Below are positions 39,879 to 49,618 of a stretch of DNA of 64,000 bases, piece by piece. Each line of letters opens with the position of its first letter. Position 1 is the first letter of the stretch. Below the pieces are notes generated by a model. It did no database searches. It had not been told where the DNA came from and saw only the letters and a list, made by a program, of their open reading frames with translations. The stretch is taken from contig NZEC01000018.1 of NCBI GenBank assembly GCA_002688925.1, positions 59,131-123,130 on the forward strand, given 5' to 3'. The stretch is from an archaeon (GTDB taxonomy: Archaea; Nanobdellota; Nanobdellia; Woesearchaeales; GW2011-AR4). The position numbers and the translations under genes are program-made.

Positions 39879-41027
39879 CTAAAGCCCCAAGCCTTCAACA
39901 ACAATATTCGGCTCGAATTCTTTTAGGTCGTTATATTCCTGGCCAATACCCAAGTATATTATCGGTTTTTTTGTTATGTAGCTTACAGAGATTGCTGCGC
40001 CGCCTTTTTCATCGACATCTGCTTTTGTCAATAGAATGCTGTCGATTCCTATGGTATCATTAAAGTTTTGTGCCTGTTCGACGCAATCATTTCCAGTTAT
40101 ACTTTCTCCGACGAAAATCTTTAAGTCCGGATTTGCTACTTTTACTATTTTTTTGAGTTCATCCATAAGGTTGTCCTGGTTATGCAGCCTTCCTGCAGTA
40201 TCTATTAAGACAGCATCAATGTTCTTTGCTTTGGCATGCTTGATTGCATCGAATGCTACTGCTGCGGGGTCAGAGCCGTAATCGTGCTTGATTAGTTTTG
40301 TTCCAAGCTTGTCTGCATGATGCTGCAGCTGCTCTATGGAAGCTGCCCGGAAAGTATCGGAAGCAGCCAAAACAGAAGAGATATTATTTTCTTTGAGCAT
40401 ATTTGCTATTTTTGCGATGCTTGTTGTCTTGCCTGAGCCATTTATACCAAAGAATGCAATGACAAAAGGCTTATCTTCTTTATTGCTTATATAGTCCAAT
40501 AAGTTTGGCTTTTCAACATTAAACAAATCTTCTATAGAATTTTTTAATGATAATTTAATTGTCTCTTCGACTTTTGTCCTCTTGATCGGTGTTTCTACCA
40601 GGTTTTTTTCCAGGTCTGATTTTATTTTTTCTATAACTTCCAGGGCAACATTGTTTTCCAGCAATATTAGCTCCAAATCAGAGAATAAATTTTCAAATTG
40701 TGCCTGGCTTATTTTTTTTGTTGTTATTTTTTCTGTTAATTTTCCAAAAAAACCTTTTTCTTTTGTTTCTTCTGTTTTTCCAGTATCTATTTTTGGCTCT
40801 TCTTTAATCTCTTCTTCTTTGATTACTGGCTTTTCTTCTTTAATTTCTGCATCTATTACCTGTTCTTCTTTTTTGACTTCTTCTTGGCTTATCTCTTCTT
40901 TTTTTGACTCTATTTTCTCTGCTTCGATTTCATCTTTTGGAATATCTTCTACTTTAGCTTCTTCCTCTACATTACTGGAAATCTTGGAGATAGCTCCTTT
41001 TAACTTTTCTTTTAAAAATTTAAACAT
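39879..41027 (-). CDS. ftsY: SRP receptor FtsY
   Basis: Acidic N-terminus; GINGSGKTT, DTFRAA, DTAGR, TKAD. Confidence 0.95.
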   Translation of the reverse strand: MFKFLKEKLKGAISKISSNVEEEAKVEDIPKDEIEAEKIESKKEEISQEEVKKEEQVIDAEIKEEKPVIKEEEIKEEPKIDTGKTEETKEKGFFGKLTEKITTKKISQAQFENLFSDLELILLENNVALEVIEKIKSDLEKNLVETPIKRTKVEETIKLSLKNSIEDLFNVEKPNLLDYISNKEDKPFVIAFFGINGSGKTTSIAKIANMLKENNISSVLAASDTFRAASIEQLQHHADKLGTKLIKHDYGSDPAAVAFDAIKHAKAKNIDAVLIDTAGRLHNQDNLMDELKKIVKVANPDLKIFVGESITGNDCVEQAQNFNDTIGIDSILLTKADVDEKGGAAISVSYITKKPIIYLGIGQEYNDLKEFEPNIVVEGLGL

Positions 41028-41044
41028 GGGCAACAACTCAATTA

Positions 41045-41467
41045 TTATTTTTTAACTGTAGAAGCAATTTTGTTTATCTCGGTTTCGAGCATAGCTGCTT
41101 TTGTTGTATACTTCTGCAGCTCGGTTATAGTATTTTCCTGGAGTTTTTTGAGTTCATCAACCTGGGTTTCTATGAGTTTTTTTGTTGAAGTTAAGTCTTT
41201 GACTATTGTTAGATTTGAGCCTACATTTACAATGAAATTATTGCTGTCTTTAAGCTCTGCTTTTGCATATATCCCGCTGCTTAACGGCACTAATATCTCT
41301 GTATCTTTCTTTACCTTTTTCATGTCTTCCAGGCCCTGGTTTGTTATTATGAGTTCGGTCATCTGGCTATTCAATACAGTATTCTGCTTTTCAAGCTGCT
41401 TTATGTGCTGGTCCAGCATCTGGAATTCAAGATAAAGCTTTTGTAGTTGCTCTTCGTTTCCTGCCAT
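41045..41467 (-). CDS. pfdA: Prefoldin alpha subunit
   Basis: Coiled coils flanking EILVPLSSG and IVNVGS. Confidence 0.9.
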   Translation of the reverse strand: MAGNEEQLQKLYLEFQMLDQHIKQLEKQNTVLNSQMTELIITNQGLEDMKKVKKDTEILVPLSSGIYAKAELKDSNNFIVNVGSNLTIVKDLTSTKKLIETQVDELKKLQENTITELQKYTTKAAMLETEINKIASTVKK

Positions 41468-42436
41468 TTAAACCCTTTTCTCCAGTTTTCCGTATAGTTT
41501 TTCATAGAAAACTCCCATGGGTGTTCCTTCATGAGCCCTTTTTATTGTTTCTGCAAGCAAAGGCCCTATGGAAATTGTTTTTAGTTTCTTGATCCTTTTT
41601 TCTTTTGGAAGCTCTATTGTATCTGTTACAAAAATTTCCTTTATATTGGATTTTTGCAGTCTTTTTATTGCAGGACCGGATAAAACAGGATGCGTTGCCA
41701 AAAGATATATGTCTTTTGCGCCATATTTTTTCAGCAAAGATGCGGCTTCTGTTACAGTGCCAGCTGTATCTACCATGTCATCCACTATGATAACTGTCTT
41801 GTCTTTTACATCCCCTATGATATTTTCCACTTTTACAATTCCATGCTCGGGCCTTCTTTTATCAACTATTGCTATGGGTGCATGTACAACTCTTGCTATA
41901 GCGCGGGCTCTTTTAGCTGCTCCAACATCCGGAGCAACAAAAACCAAGTCCTTAAGTTTTTTGCTCAATATATATTCTGCATATATAGGCACTAAATCAA
42001 GATTATCAGATGGAATATCAAAAAAACCCTGCAATTGCGGAACATGCAGGTCAAATGTCATGATATTATCCACTCCTGCTGCTTCAATTAGCTTTGCAAC
42101 AAGCTTTGCAGTTATTGGCTCTCTAGCTTTTGCTTTTCTGTCCTGCCTGGAATATCCGAAATATGGGATCACTGCTGTTATTCTGTGAGGGGATGCTCTC
42201 TTTAAGGCATCCACCATGATCAGAAGCTCCATGAGATTTAAGTTTGCATCAGAACTTGTCGGCTGTATTATAAATATGTCTGATCCCCTGACACTTTCCA
42301 GAATCCTGACATAGATTTCCCTATCGCTGAATTTGTGTATATCTGCTGGAGTTAATTCTGTATTTAGGTGCTTGGCTACTTCCAAGGCAAGCTTCTTATT
42401 TGCGCTTCCTGATATTATCCTAAGTTTTTTGTTCAT
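41468..42436 (-). CDS. prs: Ribose-phosphate pyrophosphokinase
   Basis: PYFGYSRQDRK, DLH, VDDMVDTAGT. Confidence 0.95.
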   Translation of the reverse strand: MNKKLRIISGSANKKLALEVAKHLNTELTPADIHKFSDREIYVRILESVRGSDIFIIQPTSSDANLNLMELLIMVDALKRASPHRITAVIPYFGYSRQDRKAKAREPITAKLVAKLIEAAGVDNIMTFDLHVPQLQGFFDIPSDNLDLVPIYAEYILSKKLKDLVFVAPDVGAAKRARAIARVVHAPIAIVDKRRPEHGIVKVENIIGDVKDKTVIIVDDMVDTAGTVTEAASLLKKYGAKDIYLLATHPVLSGPAIKRLQKSNIKEIFVTDTIELPKEKRIKKLKTISIGPLLAETIKRAHEGTPMGVFYEKLYGKLEKRV

Positions 42437-42488
42437 TTTAATCTGGTAAAAAGAACTGTGTTTTTGTTTAAAAAGGTTTGGGATTTTT

Positions 42489-43241
42489 TTAAGCTTCTCC
42501 CAGTTCTTCATTTACTTCTTTTTCTGACCTTACCATTATCTCTATTTCTCCGAAATGCTCTTCCTGGCTTAGGTTTATTTTTCTTTGGTTTGTTAAGTGG
42601 AGCAATGGGATGAAAGTATAGACTTTGTCTTCTTTTGTTTCTGCCGGAATCAGCTTGGAGAATGTGAGCTTGTTTTCCTTATTATTGAGAAAAAATGACT
42701 TTATTCTTCCGTAAACTTCTTTTATTATCTGCGTTATGTCCTTGGGTTTTTTTGGAGTTTCCAGATTCATTGGCGGAATTGAATTCAGGACCCTTCTTTT
42801 TTTTACTTCCAGTGCTTTTTCCAATGCGCCCATAAGATCGTAAATGGATACTTTTCTCTTCCTTGGCTGAGGAGTCCTTGGAATCAGAATCGGCTTTTCT
42901 GCATTTCCCTGGTAGTTTTGTTCTTCTTCCAGGTCAAGCTCTTCCAAAAGGCTTTCTTCTGATTCAGTTAGCAGCCTGTCAAATTCCGATAAATCCTCAT
43001 TAAGTAGCCTGTTTGATTTGATTTTCAGCAGTATTGCAACAGCAAGCAGGACTTTTCCAGAAACCCTGAAATCCAACTCCTTTAGCTTTTTTATTATTTC
43101 TATATATTTTTTAGTAAGCATGCTAACATTGATGTCCCATGGATCCATCTGCTCTGTCTTAACAAGCTCATAAAGCAAACTCTGCCAGGTAACCTCATCC
43201 TTGTTAAACAAGATTTCAAATATCTTTTCGTGATTTTCCAT
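42489..43241 (-). CDS. scpA: Segregation/condensation protein A (kleisin)
   Basis: MDPWDINV, ILLKIKS, FIPLLHL...QEEHFGEI. Confidence 0.9.
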   Translation of the reverse strand: MENHEKIFEILFNKDEVTWQSLLYELVKTEQMDPWDINVSMLTKKYIEIIKKLKELDFRVSGKVLLAVAILLKIKSNRLLNEDLSEFDRLLTESEESLLEELDLEEEQNYQGNAEKPILIPRTPQPRKRKVSIYDLMGALEKALEVKKRRVLNSIPPMNLETPKKPKDITQIIKEVYGRIKSFFLNNKENKLTFSKLIPAETKEDKVYTFIPLLHLTNQRKINLSQEEHFGEIEIMVRSEKEVNEELGEA

Positions 43242-43393
43242 ATTGTTGTTATCTTTGATTTGTTTATATATAAATTTAATGGAATAAAATACATCAAAAC
43301 ATTTTTATATTGCTCAAATTTCTTTTTAATGAAGCTGCCATTCTTTATTGAATGGCAGAATGGAGTACATTCCTTATGGAATTGCAATTCAAT

Positions 43394-43467
43394 GGGCCCG
43401 TGGTCTAGCCTGGTATGACACCTCCCTTACACGGAGTAGATCACCAGTTCAAATCTGGTCGGGCCCA
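43394..43467 (+). tRNA. tRNA-Val(UAC)
   Basis: GGGCCCG/CGGGCCC acceptor stem, CT-TAC-AC loop, no intron. Confidence 0.92.
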
Positions 43468-43475
43468 TTTTTTAT

Positions 43476-43633
43476 GCGCCAGTGGTCTAGTGATTTGTGA
43501 AGCATAGTTTTTTGCTCACAACTGGAAGCTATGATAGGGCCTTGCCAAGAGCTTTTTAGGAAAAACCTCGAAAAAAGTGGGGCTTTGCTTACGCAAAGAG
43601 GCTCTGACCCGAGTTCGAATCTCGGCTGGCGCA
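43476..43633 (+). tRNA. tRNA-Gly(GCC) with two introns (35 nt in D-loop; 51 nt at 37/38)
   Basis: 72-nt cloverleaf after removing 43493-43527 and 43548-43598. Confidence 0.87.
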
Positions 43634-43684
43634 TTTTATTTTGATAATAAACTTTAAATACCAAACACTATTTTTTATTCTTAC

Positions 43685-43861
43685 GGGCCCGTAGCTCAGC
43701 CTGGTTAGAGCGCCGGTCTTATATGACCACTAATGGTACAAAATTTAAGCCATTAGAGAGCTAAGCCAGCCGGAAAGATAGTAAATCTTGGCTTGAGGTC
43801 AGGGGTTCAAATATCCCGGAGCTTTTCAAGAGCTCGGGATTTGAAAGTCCCTCCGGGCCCA
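43685..43861 (+). tRNA. tRNA-Ile(UAU) with three introns (37/38, 43/44, 59/60)
   Basis: 75-nt cloverleaf after removing 43724-43767, 43774-43795 and 43812-43847; BHB-like motif at each. Confidence 0.85.
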
Positions 43862-43916
43862 TTTTTTCTAATAAAACAATAATCTTTAAAAATAAGATAC
43901 TTTCTCTCATAGATAC

Positions 43917-44010
43917 GCTCCTGTGGTGTAGTCCGGCCAATCATTTCGGCTTTTCGAAACCTAAAGGTTAAAAACAGCCGAGGACCTGGGTTCAAATCCC
44001 GGCAGGAGCA
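43917..44010 (+). tRNA. tRNA-Glu(UUC) with 19-nt canonical intron
   Basis: Intron 43957-43975; BHB central helix TTTT/AAAA. Confidence 0.92.
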
Positions 44011-44096
44011 TTTTTTTAAAAAATCCATTAAAAAAAGCGAAATGCTTAAATAAGCTTAAATTTAGGATTTAAAAAAATGATAATGAGGTGCAAAAA

Positions 44097-44534
44097 ATGA
44101 AAATATTTTATGGATTGGTTTTAGTTCTGATGTTATTTATGAGTGCATGCGCTCAACAGCCTGCGGCTCAGCCAGAACCACAAGTGCAGCCTGAAGAGGA
44201 AGCTGCTGAAGAAGTTGTTGAGGAAGAAGTTGTGGAAGAAACTGAAGCAGCTGCTGAAGAGGAAGTTGTTACACCTGCTACAGGAAATGAAGTAAGAATA
44301 TTGGGTGTTGGCCAATATGATCCAGAAGATGTTACTATTAGTGCTGGTGAATCAATAACATTCTTTAATGAAGGTAATATTAGAACTGTAGTAACAATAA
44401 AAAGCAGCTCAGGTACTACAAATACGCCACTCATTGACGTAGGGGGCAAATACGAGCAAGAATTTAGTGAAGCTGGTGAATACGACGCTTGGGGCGTATC
44501 ATATGGTCCAGGTGTAAAAATAACTGTAGAATAA
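44097..44534 (+). CDS. Lipoprotein with acidic linker and cupredoxin-like domain lacking Cu ligands
   Basis: Lipobox MSAC; YDPEDVTISAGESITF...FSEAGEY; no Cys/His ligand set. Confidence 0.7.
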   Translation: MKIFYGLVLVLMLFMSACAQQPAAQPEPQVQPEEEAAEEVVEEEVVEETEAAAEEEVVTPATGNEVRILGVGQYDPEDVTISAGESITFFNEGNIRTVVTIKSSSGTTNTPLIDVGGKYEQEFSEAGEYDAWGVSYGPGVKITVE

Positions 44535-44572
44535 GTACTTTTTATTTTTCTTTTTTCATGTTATTGCTTTAG

Positions 44573-45847
44573 TTAAATAAACTCGCTTAAGCCTTTTTGT
44601 TTTCTATTTTGCGGGTTTTTATCTTTTTTATCCATATTATCTTCTATAATTTCATCGTTTAAAATAGGCTGGCCATAAACTCCGTCATAGCCCGGTTTAA
44701 TCTTAATATTACCATGCCTTATTTTGATAATTGCATCTGCAATCTTTTCATGGGTTGCTTTGCTTAACTCTTCCTTGTCTGCATCTAAAAGAATATGGAA
44801 TTCTGACTTGAACTTATTAATCAAATTATAATATTCCTGCCATACTTTTTTTGTAGCAACACTGGAATTTAATAATGCAGAGATTATCTCTGATAATGGA
44901 ATTAAGGATTTAAATGGAACTGCATTTTTTGGTTTAAAGCCTTCTGGCCTGTCAGCAAGTTCCTCAACCCTATGCAAGACGCCTATTGTCAGGCTTCTCT
45001 TACATTTCTGGCAGATGTTCTTGTTTTTTAGAGATTCTTTTGGATCTAAACAGATATTACAATTCCTATGCCCATCTAGATGATATTTACCATAGTTCGG
45101 GTCTACTTCGATTGTTTCTTTGAAACCTTTCTTTGTTCTTATTGCTTCAATTAGATTATTGTATGTTAAATTTATGTCTAAAACATTAGCTTCCCTCCCC
45201 ATGCGCCATGGCCAGAAGCTATGTAAATCTGAGTTGCTTATTAGTGTATATTTGTCTAATTGGCTTAAGCGCCAGTTCATTGCAGGGTCTGAACTTAAGC
45301 CTGTTTCTAAAGCATAAATATGCTTGCTTTGGTCCTTAAAGCACTCTTCAACAGAATTAAAATCATTCATGCTTCCAAACAATGAAAACCAAGGTGTCCA
45401 TGCATGAGCCGGAATTATCTCTATTTTTTCATCGATTTTTTTCATCATCTCAACAAGTTCCGGGCATGAAAATCCAAAAATAGGCCTGCCGTCATAATCA
45501 AGCCTTCCTTTTTTTCCTAAAGCTTCATTAATTTGCTCGACAACATCAAAGCTTTTTGTAAGAATTATATTATGGATTCTTCTTCCCTTTCCATCCTGAG
45601 TGTAGATGTTGGAAATTTCTGTCTGCAATATAAAATTAAAACCTGTTTTTGTCTTCAAAATTCCAGAGCCATCCTCTGCCAGTTCCTGTTTTAATTCTTT
45701 TATCCATTCTGGATGTGTAAAGTCTCCTGTTCCCAGAAGATTTAAACCTTTAATTTTAGCATACTTTTCCAGATTTTTTATATTAAGGTCTTTGCTGGTT
45801 GCCCTGCTGAATCGTGAATGAATGTGTAGGTCTGCGATTATTTTCAT
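44573..45847 (-). CDS. Endonuclease Q family (PHP domain plus zinc finger)
   Basis: DLHIHSRFS, GTGDFTHP, SNSDLHS, YGKYH, PGYDGVYG. Confidence 0.88.
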   Translation of the reverse strand: MKIIADLHIHSRFSRATSKDLNIKNLEKYAKIKGLNLLGTGDFTHPEWIKELKQELAEDGSGILKTKTGFNFILQTEISNIYTQDGKGRRIHNIILTKSFDVVEQINEALGKKGRLDYDGRPIFGFSCPELVEMMKKIDEKIEIIPAHAWTPWFSLFGSMNDFNSVEECFKDQSKHIYALETGLSSDPAMNWRLSQLDKYTLISNSDLHSFWPWRMGREANVLDINLTYNNLIEAIRTKKGFKETIEVDPNYGKYHLDGHRNCNICLDPKESLKNKNICQKCKRSLTIGVLHRVEELADRPEGFKPKNAVPFKSLIPLSEIISALLNSSVATKKVWQEYYNLINKFKSEFHILLDADKEELSKATHEKIADAIIKIRHGNIKIKPGYDGVYGQPILNDEIIEDNMDKKDKNPQNRKQKGLSEFI

Positions 45848-45896
45848 GGATAAAGAGAAAGCTATATTATTTTTAATGTTTTTGCTTAATTAAATT

Positions 45897-47339
45897 CTAA
45901 TTGAGATATTTCTTCAGGATTTCCATTATTTTCTTTCCGTCTGCCTTACCTCTGTACTTCCCCATAAGAATTCCCATGTAGGCTCCTATGCTCAGGCCTT
46001 TCTTTTCCTCAATTATTTTTTTTATTTCTTTGTCCAGTTCTTTTTCAGAAACAGCAGCGAATTTATCAAAGTCTATTTTTTCATTTTTTATTTTTTTTAT
46101 AAAGATATCAATAGCGCCATCGTCGTTTATTTTTCTTTCATTTAAGTAGCCTAATACTTCCTCAAAATCTTTATCTTGTAGTTTTGTTATATCCAGTTTA
46201 AATCTTTTCTTAATCTCTTTAGGAACATTGATTAAATAATAGGCAATAAGCTGGCTGTTGAGTTTCTTGAAATTTTTAACGTATGTTTCGTAATTAGGAT
46301 TATCAATCAATTCTTTGGCCAAATCTTGTAAAATATTATGCTTTTTTTGAAATTCTTCTAATCTCTCTGATTTTAATTTCGGCAATTCTTTTTTTAATTT
46401 TTCAATATGCTCCTTTTTTATCTTTACAGGAGAGCAGTCTGTCTCTGGGTATAAGCGAGCGGCACCAGGCATAGGTCTTAGGAAAGAAGTTGTAAGGTCC
46501 GGCTCTGCTTTTCTGACTTCTTTGTTGATTTTTTTACTGTTTTTTATTGAATTCAATTGCCTCTTTATTTCATATTCAATGACTTTTGGTATTGACTTTA
46601 AGTCCTGGAAGCCCTTTATTTCTGTTCTTTCTCCTTTAGTTATTGAAGTGTTGACATCCTGCCTTATTGTGCCTAATCCTCTCTTGATGTTTTCAACGCT
46701 TCTCAAAACCATGCCTATATGTGAAGCAGTTTCCTTTGCATGTTCCGGGTTTTTTATTTCAGAGCCTGTGGCTATTTCTATTAACGGAATGCTTAGCCTA
46801 TCAAGCCTGTACCTGACAAAATCATTTCCTTCTTCCTGTTTCTTGGCTGCTTCCTCTTCAAGGCAGATTATTGGAATTGTAACTTTCCCTTGGGAAGTCT
46901 CGATAAAGCCATTTACAGCTATTAAGGCAGTTCTTTGGAACCCCGATACGTTGCTTCCATCAACAACTGTTTTTCTCATGACCTGTATTTCATCGGCAAT
47001 TTTTGCATTTAAGAGCAATGCAACCTTGATTGCTGTTTCCAAAGCTTTCCTGTTTAATTCATTTGGAGGCTGCTCATCATATTCAATCAAGCAGGTGTCT
47101 GAAGAATCAGCTTCATAGATGAACTTCTTTTTTTTCTGCATCTCATGCTTTGCAGCGATGTCAATTTCTCCTGTTTCCCCTGCTACTGCCCTCAACCTTC
47201 TTTCAAATTTTACATTAGGATCATTATCAGAATTAATAGTTGGGCAATTACAGAATAGTTTTTTTCCTTCTAATTGCTGGTGGATCTCAAGGCCGCATTT
47301 AAAGCCAAGTTCATTATAATTGACTTCCATGTTGGGCAT
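45897..47339 (-). CDS. gatE: Glu-tRNA(Gln) amidotransferase subunit E (short form)
   Basis: GLEIHQQL, DGSNVSGFQRT, RGLGTIRQDVN, RPMPGAARLYPETD. Confidence 0.93.
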   Translation of the reverse strand: MPNMEVNYNELGFKCGLEIHQQLEGKKLFCNCPTINSDNDPNVKFERRLRAVAGETGEIDIAAKHEMQKKKKFIYEADSSDTCLIEYDEQPPNELNRKALETAIKVALLLNAKIADEIQVMRKTVVDGSNVSGFQRTALIAVNGFIETSQGKVTIPIICLEEEAAKKQEEGNDFVRYRLDRLSIPLIEIATGSEIKNPEHAKETASHIGMVLRSVENIKRGLGTIRQDVNTSITKGERTEIKGFQDLKSIPKVIEYEIKRQLNSIKNSKKINKEVRKAEPDLTTSFLRPMPGAARLYPETDCSPVKIKKEHIEKLKKELPKLKSERLEEFQKKHNILQDLAKELIDNPNYETYVKNFKKLNSQLIAYYLINVPKEIKKRFKLDITKLQDKDFEEVLGYLNERKINDDGAIDIFIKKIKNEKIDFDKFAAVSEKELDKEIKKIIEEKKGLSIGAYMGILMGKYRGKADGKKIMEILKKYLN

Positions 47340-47757
47340 TTAATCTGAACAATTATAAAAAACTATCCCTTATAAATTTTTTAATAACAATTATATCAGA
47401 AATCCTATAATCTCTTTATGCAATTAGGTGCATGAATAAAAATATTAATTGAACAAATTCTTATCCACAAGCACATCCTCAAATTCAGCTTCATAAGGCA
47501 TTATTTTTCACCAGTTATTCTGCAAAAAGCTTTTGTTTTGGTGTGGTTGCTCTTAACAGCAACTTCCTTAAGATAAACTAATACATTCAGGTCCTTTTTG
47601 CCGTCATTCAGTGTTATTAATTTTTCGTCAAAAGCTTCCATTTTTGTCAAACAAGGCATATCTGGAGCATAATACTATAATAAGGTATTCCTAAAAAAAG
47701 GAAAAAATTTACAATATTATGGCAATATTTTTAAATAAATGGAATATATATTCCATT

Positions 47758-48198
47758 ATGGACAAAAAAGACGAAAAAATACTCAATATTTTGAAAGAAA
47801 ACTGCAAATTATCCACTCAGCAGATTTCCAAGAAAACACTGATTCCTATAACAACAATATATAATAGAATAAAAAAACTTGAGAAGAAAGGGATAATAAA
47901 AAAATACACTCTTTCATTGGACTACAAAAAGATAGGGAAGCCCATATTGGCCTATATTCTTGTTACAGTGGATTACAAGATACTTAAGCGAATAAATAAA
48001 ACACAGCATGATCTTACGAGCATAATAAAAAGGGAAGAAGCTGTGGAAGAAGCAGTTAGATTAACAGGAGTTGTAGATATTATGGTAAAGGTCAGAGTTA
48101 AAAGTATAGATGAACTTGATGCTTTTATTACAAAATATATCAGAAATATTGAGGGTGTAGAAAAAACGGAGACAATGATTGTTTTAGGTGAGGTCTAA
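47758..48198 (+). CDS. Lrp/AsnC transcriptional regulator
   Basis: N-terminal HTH (RIKKLEKKGIIK); RAM domain with TG..D. Confidence 0.9.
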   Translation: MDKKDEKILNILKENCKLSTQQISKKTLIPITTIYNRIKKLEKKGIIKKYTLSLDYKKIGKPILAYILVTVDYKILKRINKTQHDLTSIIKREEAVEEAVRLTGVVDIMVKVRVKSIDELDAFITKYIRNIEGVEKTETMIVLGEV

Positions 48199-49487
48199 AA
48201 ACTCGTCTTTCATTAGCCTATCATTAATCTCTCCTCTTAAATTTTTAGTAATTAATTCTTTAACTTCTTCTTTTTTGCAGTTTCCAAGCAGCCAGGATAA
48301 TTTAATAAATGCTGTTTCTGCAAGCATGTCTTTTCCGGGAATAACGCCGATTTTTGTCAGATCCACTCCTTTATCGTAAACATGCATATGCACTTTTCCA
48401 AATAAACATTGGGTTGTCATTACAATAATGCATCCGGAATCAATAACTTTTTTTAATGCAGGGTAGATTTTTTCATGTATTTTGCACCATTCATTTGGAG
48501 CCTGTCCTGGAGTGTGTCCTAAGCCTGTGCCTTCTATTATCAAGCCCTTATAACCTTTGTACAATTCAAACTGCTCGGGAAACATATTAACGTGGATTTT
48601 TAATAGACCTATTTTTTCTTCCATCCTCGGCTTTATTACGAGTTTTCCTTTTTTGTCTTTTTTAGATAATCCTTTTTGATAAATTCTACTTTTTTTGTGT
48701 CATAATCAATACGTGCTATTAAAGTGTCATTTACAGGCTTAAATGCATCCCTTCTTGAAGAATGCAGCTTTGCGGTCTTGCACGGAGGCAGAATCGCGCT
48801 TGTGTTATCACTTGTACTTTCATGCATACAAATACCAACACCTGCAAAATCTGTTTTTGCAATGAACTCTGCTGCTGATATTAAATTCATTGCAGCATCT
48901 GAACTTCCCCTATCTGAGCTTCTTTGCGCTCCAACCAATAGGATTGGTATTGGTGTTTCTTCTATTATAAAAGCTAATGCTGCTGAAGCAACAGCCAAAT
49001 TATCAGTTCCCATACCAATAATTATTCCATCAACACCCTTTTTTACTTCTTTTTCAACAGCTTTTGTAATAATTTCAAAGTGCTTAAACCTCAAATCGTC
49101 GCTCCACATATTTGCGATTAATTTAGAACTAAAATTAGCAATATCAAACATTTCCGGAAACATTTCCAACAGGTCTTCAGGATTAAACGAGGAATAAACA
49201 CCACCAGTCCTGTAATCAACTTTACTTGCTATTGTGCCTCCAGTATGCAGTATCGCTATGGTTGGCTTTTTGCTGTCTTTTTTAATCTGTGATTTTGGTG
49301 TTGATTTGGCTTCTTTGTATTTTTCTATGACTTTAATTTCTTTTATTTTTTTGTTGCCAATTCCAATATTATAGCCATTGTCCAGTTTTATTACAACAGA
49401 ATCAGTCTCTTCATTAGGCATTAAAATACCTTCTATAATCTCGTCTTTTGCTGTTACTTTGACTTTATCACCTGCTTTTGCATTCAT
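48184..49487 (-). CDS. gatD: Glu-tRNA(Gln) amidotransferase subunit D, split by a -1 frameshift near 48649-48663
   Basis: N-part: KLDNGYNIG, TGGTIASK, GAQRSSDR, HSSRRDAF. C-part: EGTGLGH, DMLAETAFIKLSW. One extra A joins them in frame. Confidence 0.88.
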
Positions 49488-49618
49488 AGTTGGAAAAGAA
49501 AGAATGTTTTATTTAAATATTTGGATTAATTTGTATCTTCTCCATTTAAAAAATTATACATTAAAAGATAATAATGTAAATAATAAGGATATTATGAAAT
49601 AAAGACTTAGAATAATTT

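Noticed and set aside
43753-43762. TTAGAGAGCT shared by tRNA-Ile intron 1 and repeat copy 2 (39815-39824)
   Set aside because: A 10-nt match is too short to separate from chance
43449-44028. Minus-strand ORFs of 71 and 73 aa (also 34361..34603)
   Set aside because: They overlap tRNA genes or the repeat element; spurious
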